Below are positions 39,410-40,940 of a stretch of 40,940 bases of DNA, one piece after another; position 1 is the stretch's first letter; each line of letters opens with the position of its first letter. The position numbers were made by a program, and so were the translations under genes. This DNA is from a virus, in the IMG/VR virus record IMGVR_UViG_3300033489_000025, positions 1 through 40,940 of that record. One strand, written 5' to 3'. The notes under the pieces were generated by a model. The model was not told where the DNA came from and did not search any database. It was given only the letters and a program-made list of their open reading frames with translations.

Positions 39410-40855
39410 ATGAAAAAAACAGTGAGTTTATATTTGAGTTTTGTAATTATATTTTTAAATTGTTTAGGTGTTTTTGCTGAAACAAGCAAGCCCAAATGTG
39501 GGTTAATATATGAAAAGACTAATTTTAAAAAGTTGGAAGCAACAAAAAAATTATTGAGCACATCTGAAATCCCAGCTAGTTTTGATTTAACTGATAAAAT
39601 GCCAGCAATAGGATTGCAACAAGGTTCAGATTGCACGGCTTGGGCGGCCGGTTATGCTTTAAATAGTCATCTACAGAATGATGATTGGAATTGGGGATTA
39701 ACAACATCTAATCATCAATTTTCTCCAAATTACTTGTATAATCAGGCTTGTGGTTACGCAGGCGGAGGAACTTCATTTTATGATATTTGCAATTTGTTAG
39801 TTAATCAAGGCTGTTGTACGCTTAATAAATGGGCATATACAGCAAATTATACAGTTCATCCAACTGCTTCTCAAATAGCCAATGCGGGTAATTTTAAAAG
39901 TAGTGGATGGTTGCAAACTGAGGGATATGGAAATGATGAAACAATCAATTCCATTAAAGAATATATGGCAACATATTCAGACCCAGTCTTGATGGGAATT
40001 CCTGTTTCTGATGATTTTGATAATTTAAATAGCACAAATCAGATATATGATGTCTATAATCCAGCTACATGCAGGGGCGGGCACGCCATTACATTGATAG
40101 GATATGACGACACAAGACAAGCTTTTAAATTGCAGAACTCCTGGGGTACTGACTGGGGAATTGATGGTTATGGTTGGTTGGCATATGATCTGATTAAGAA
40201 CGCACAGTTTAATGATTGGATTAATTTCAATGGATTTCCGACTTATGGATATGTTGTAAATGATATTAGAACCGCAGATCAAAACAATGTATATTTTGAT
40301 AATATTAAATTTCTTAAAAATGTTGTTGGCACACAGCTTTCATTTACTTTAAAAATAGATGGTGTTGTAGCGCCAGAAGGTGGAAATATAAAAACAATAG
40401 GAAGAAATTATAGAATTGATATCAAAGAAGATGACTCAACAACTGATGATTTTGCAGCAAAATTGGGAACTTTAGTTGATGGAGTAAATGCAATTAAGCT
40501 AAAATTATACGAAAGTCCTTATAATGGCAAGTATTCTGAATTTCAATTCAATATAAATGTTAATCAAAAACCTGTTGAAAGAAATGTTAAGTTAACTGAT
40601 ATCAAAATCATAAAAAATACGGGAATAGGTACTAACTGGAAGCATTCTTGTAAACTTGGAAATTCAACATTAGCAAAAGGACAAACAATAAAAACGAGCG
40701 CAAGAACACTTTATTTAAAGAGTGTTGAAGATGACTCAGTGTATGATGATGTTGCAATAAGAGCCACATCAATAGGTGCTTATAGAGATTTGACAGTTTG
40801 GGAAAATAAATACAATGGCAAGTATGCAATTGTAAGATATTATTTTACATATTAG
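39410..40855 (+). CDS. Secreted papain-like (C1 family) cysteine protease with duplicated C-terminal domain
   Basis: Signal peptide 'MKKTVSLYLSFVIIFLNCLGVFAE'; 'QQGSDCTAWAAGY' (Cys), 'GGHAITLIGYDD' (His), 'LQNSWGTDWGIDGYGWL' (Asn-Ser-Trp). Two C-terminal repeats each end in 'YNGKY'. Confidence 0.8.
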   Translation: MKKTVSLYLSFVIIFLNCLGVFAETSKPKCGLIYEKTNFKKLEATKKLLSTSEIPASFDLTDKMPAIGLQQGSDCTAWAAGYALNSHLQNDDWNWGLTTSNHQFSPNYLYNQACGYAGGGTSFYDICNLLVNQGCCTLNKWAYTANYTVHPTASQIANAGNFKSSGWLQTEGYGNDETINSIKEYMATYSDPVLMGIPVSDDFDNLNSTNQIYDVYNPATCRGGHAITLIGYDDTRQAFKLQNSWGTDWGIDGYGWLAYDLIKNAQFNDWINFNGFPTYGYVVNDIRTADQNNVYFDNIKFLKNVVGTQLSFTLKIDGVVAPEGGNIKTIGRNYRIDIKEDDSTTDDFAAKLGTLVDGVNAIKLKLYESPYNGKYSEFQFNINVNQKPVERNVKLTDIKIIKNTGIGTNWKHSCKLGNSTLAKGQTIKTSARTLYLKSVEDDSVYDDVAIRATSIGAYRDLTVWENKYNGKYAIVRYYFTY

Positions 40856-40940
40856 GCCACTCCCCATGCGGTTTGGAATAAGACTTATTTGGAGTCAATA
40901 GAAATAAGTTTATCTTATAAAGCTACAATAAAAATTACAG
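40814..40940. repeat. Terminal exact duplicate (copy 2) of nt 1-127
   Basis: Identical to nt 1-127 by direct reading. Confidence 0.9.

Noticed and set aside
1-40940. Integrase, excisionase, partition genes, tRNAs, reverse transcriptase/DGR, toxin genes
   Set aside because: I looked for tyrosine and serine recombinase motifs, ParA/ParB-like Walker proteins, cloverleaf-like segments in the intergenic gaps, and YxDD reverse-transcriptase motifs in all track ORFs. None was seen. Absence judged by eye is not proof.

Overview
The window is one complete tailed-phage genome. Nt 1-127 are identical to nt 40814-40940, which looks like an assembler circularisation overlap, so the unique length is 40,813 nt. 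The phage is siphovirus-like with an HK97-fold capsid. It appears to infect a Gram-positive, Clostridia-like host, judged from strong AGGAGG ribosome-binding sites (RBS), an XhlA-like lysis protein with an Amidase_3 endolysin, and a CRISPR repeat of the Clostridium type I-B kind. Gene order: AT-rich early genes with many tiny zinc-ribbon ORFs (241-2905); SNF2 helicase; LuxR-type regulator; one reverse-strand moron (an accessory gene with its own promoter and terminator); small and large (PBSX-type) terminase; portal; Mu-F/SPP1 gp7-like minor head protein; prohead protease; major capsid; connector and tail genes including a G/GT -1 frameshift and tape measure; lysis genes; a divergent-promoter switch region; then a replication module (DUF2815 SSB, family-A DNA polymerase, prim-pol/VirE primase, VRR-NUC). 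I saw no integrase, recombinase or tRNA. Signals I would follow up, in order: (1) a five-gene operon with its own promoter at 12814-17783, holding two glycosyltransferases, two SAM methyltransferases and a B12-binding radical-SAM enzyme fused to a glycosyltransferase-like domain. It sits between the capsid and head-tail connector genes and has no membrane or export component, so I propose it modifies the virion (or DNA). (2) A cas-less mini-CRISPR array (35324-35659; 6 repeats, 5 spacers) bracketed by a duplicated 20-bp element. (3) An AT-rich cassette bracketed by a duplicated SSB 3' end plus terminator. (4) Two paralogous Rha-like genes with their own promoters inside the structural module. 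(5) A secreted papain-like protease in a low-GC island. (6) An iteron/AT-rich candidate origin, followed by a promoter, structured leader and terminator unit. All calls come from reading the sequence and translations by eye; no database search was run.
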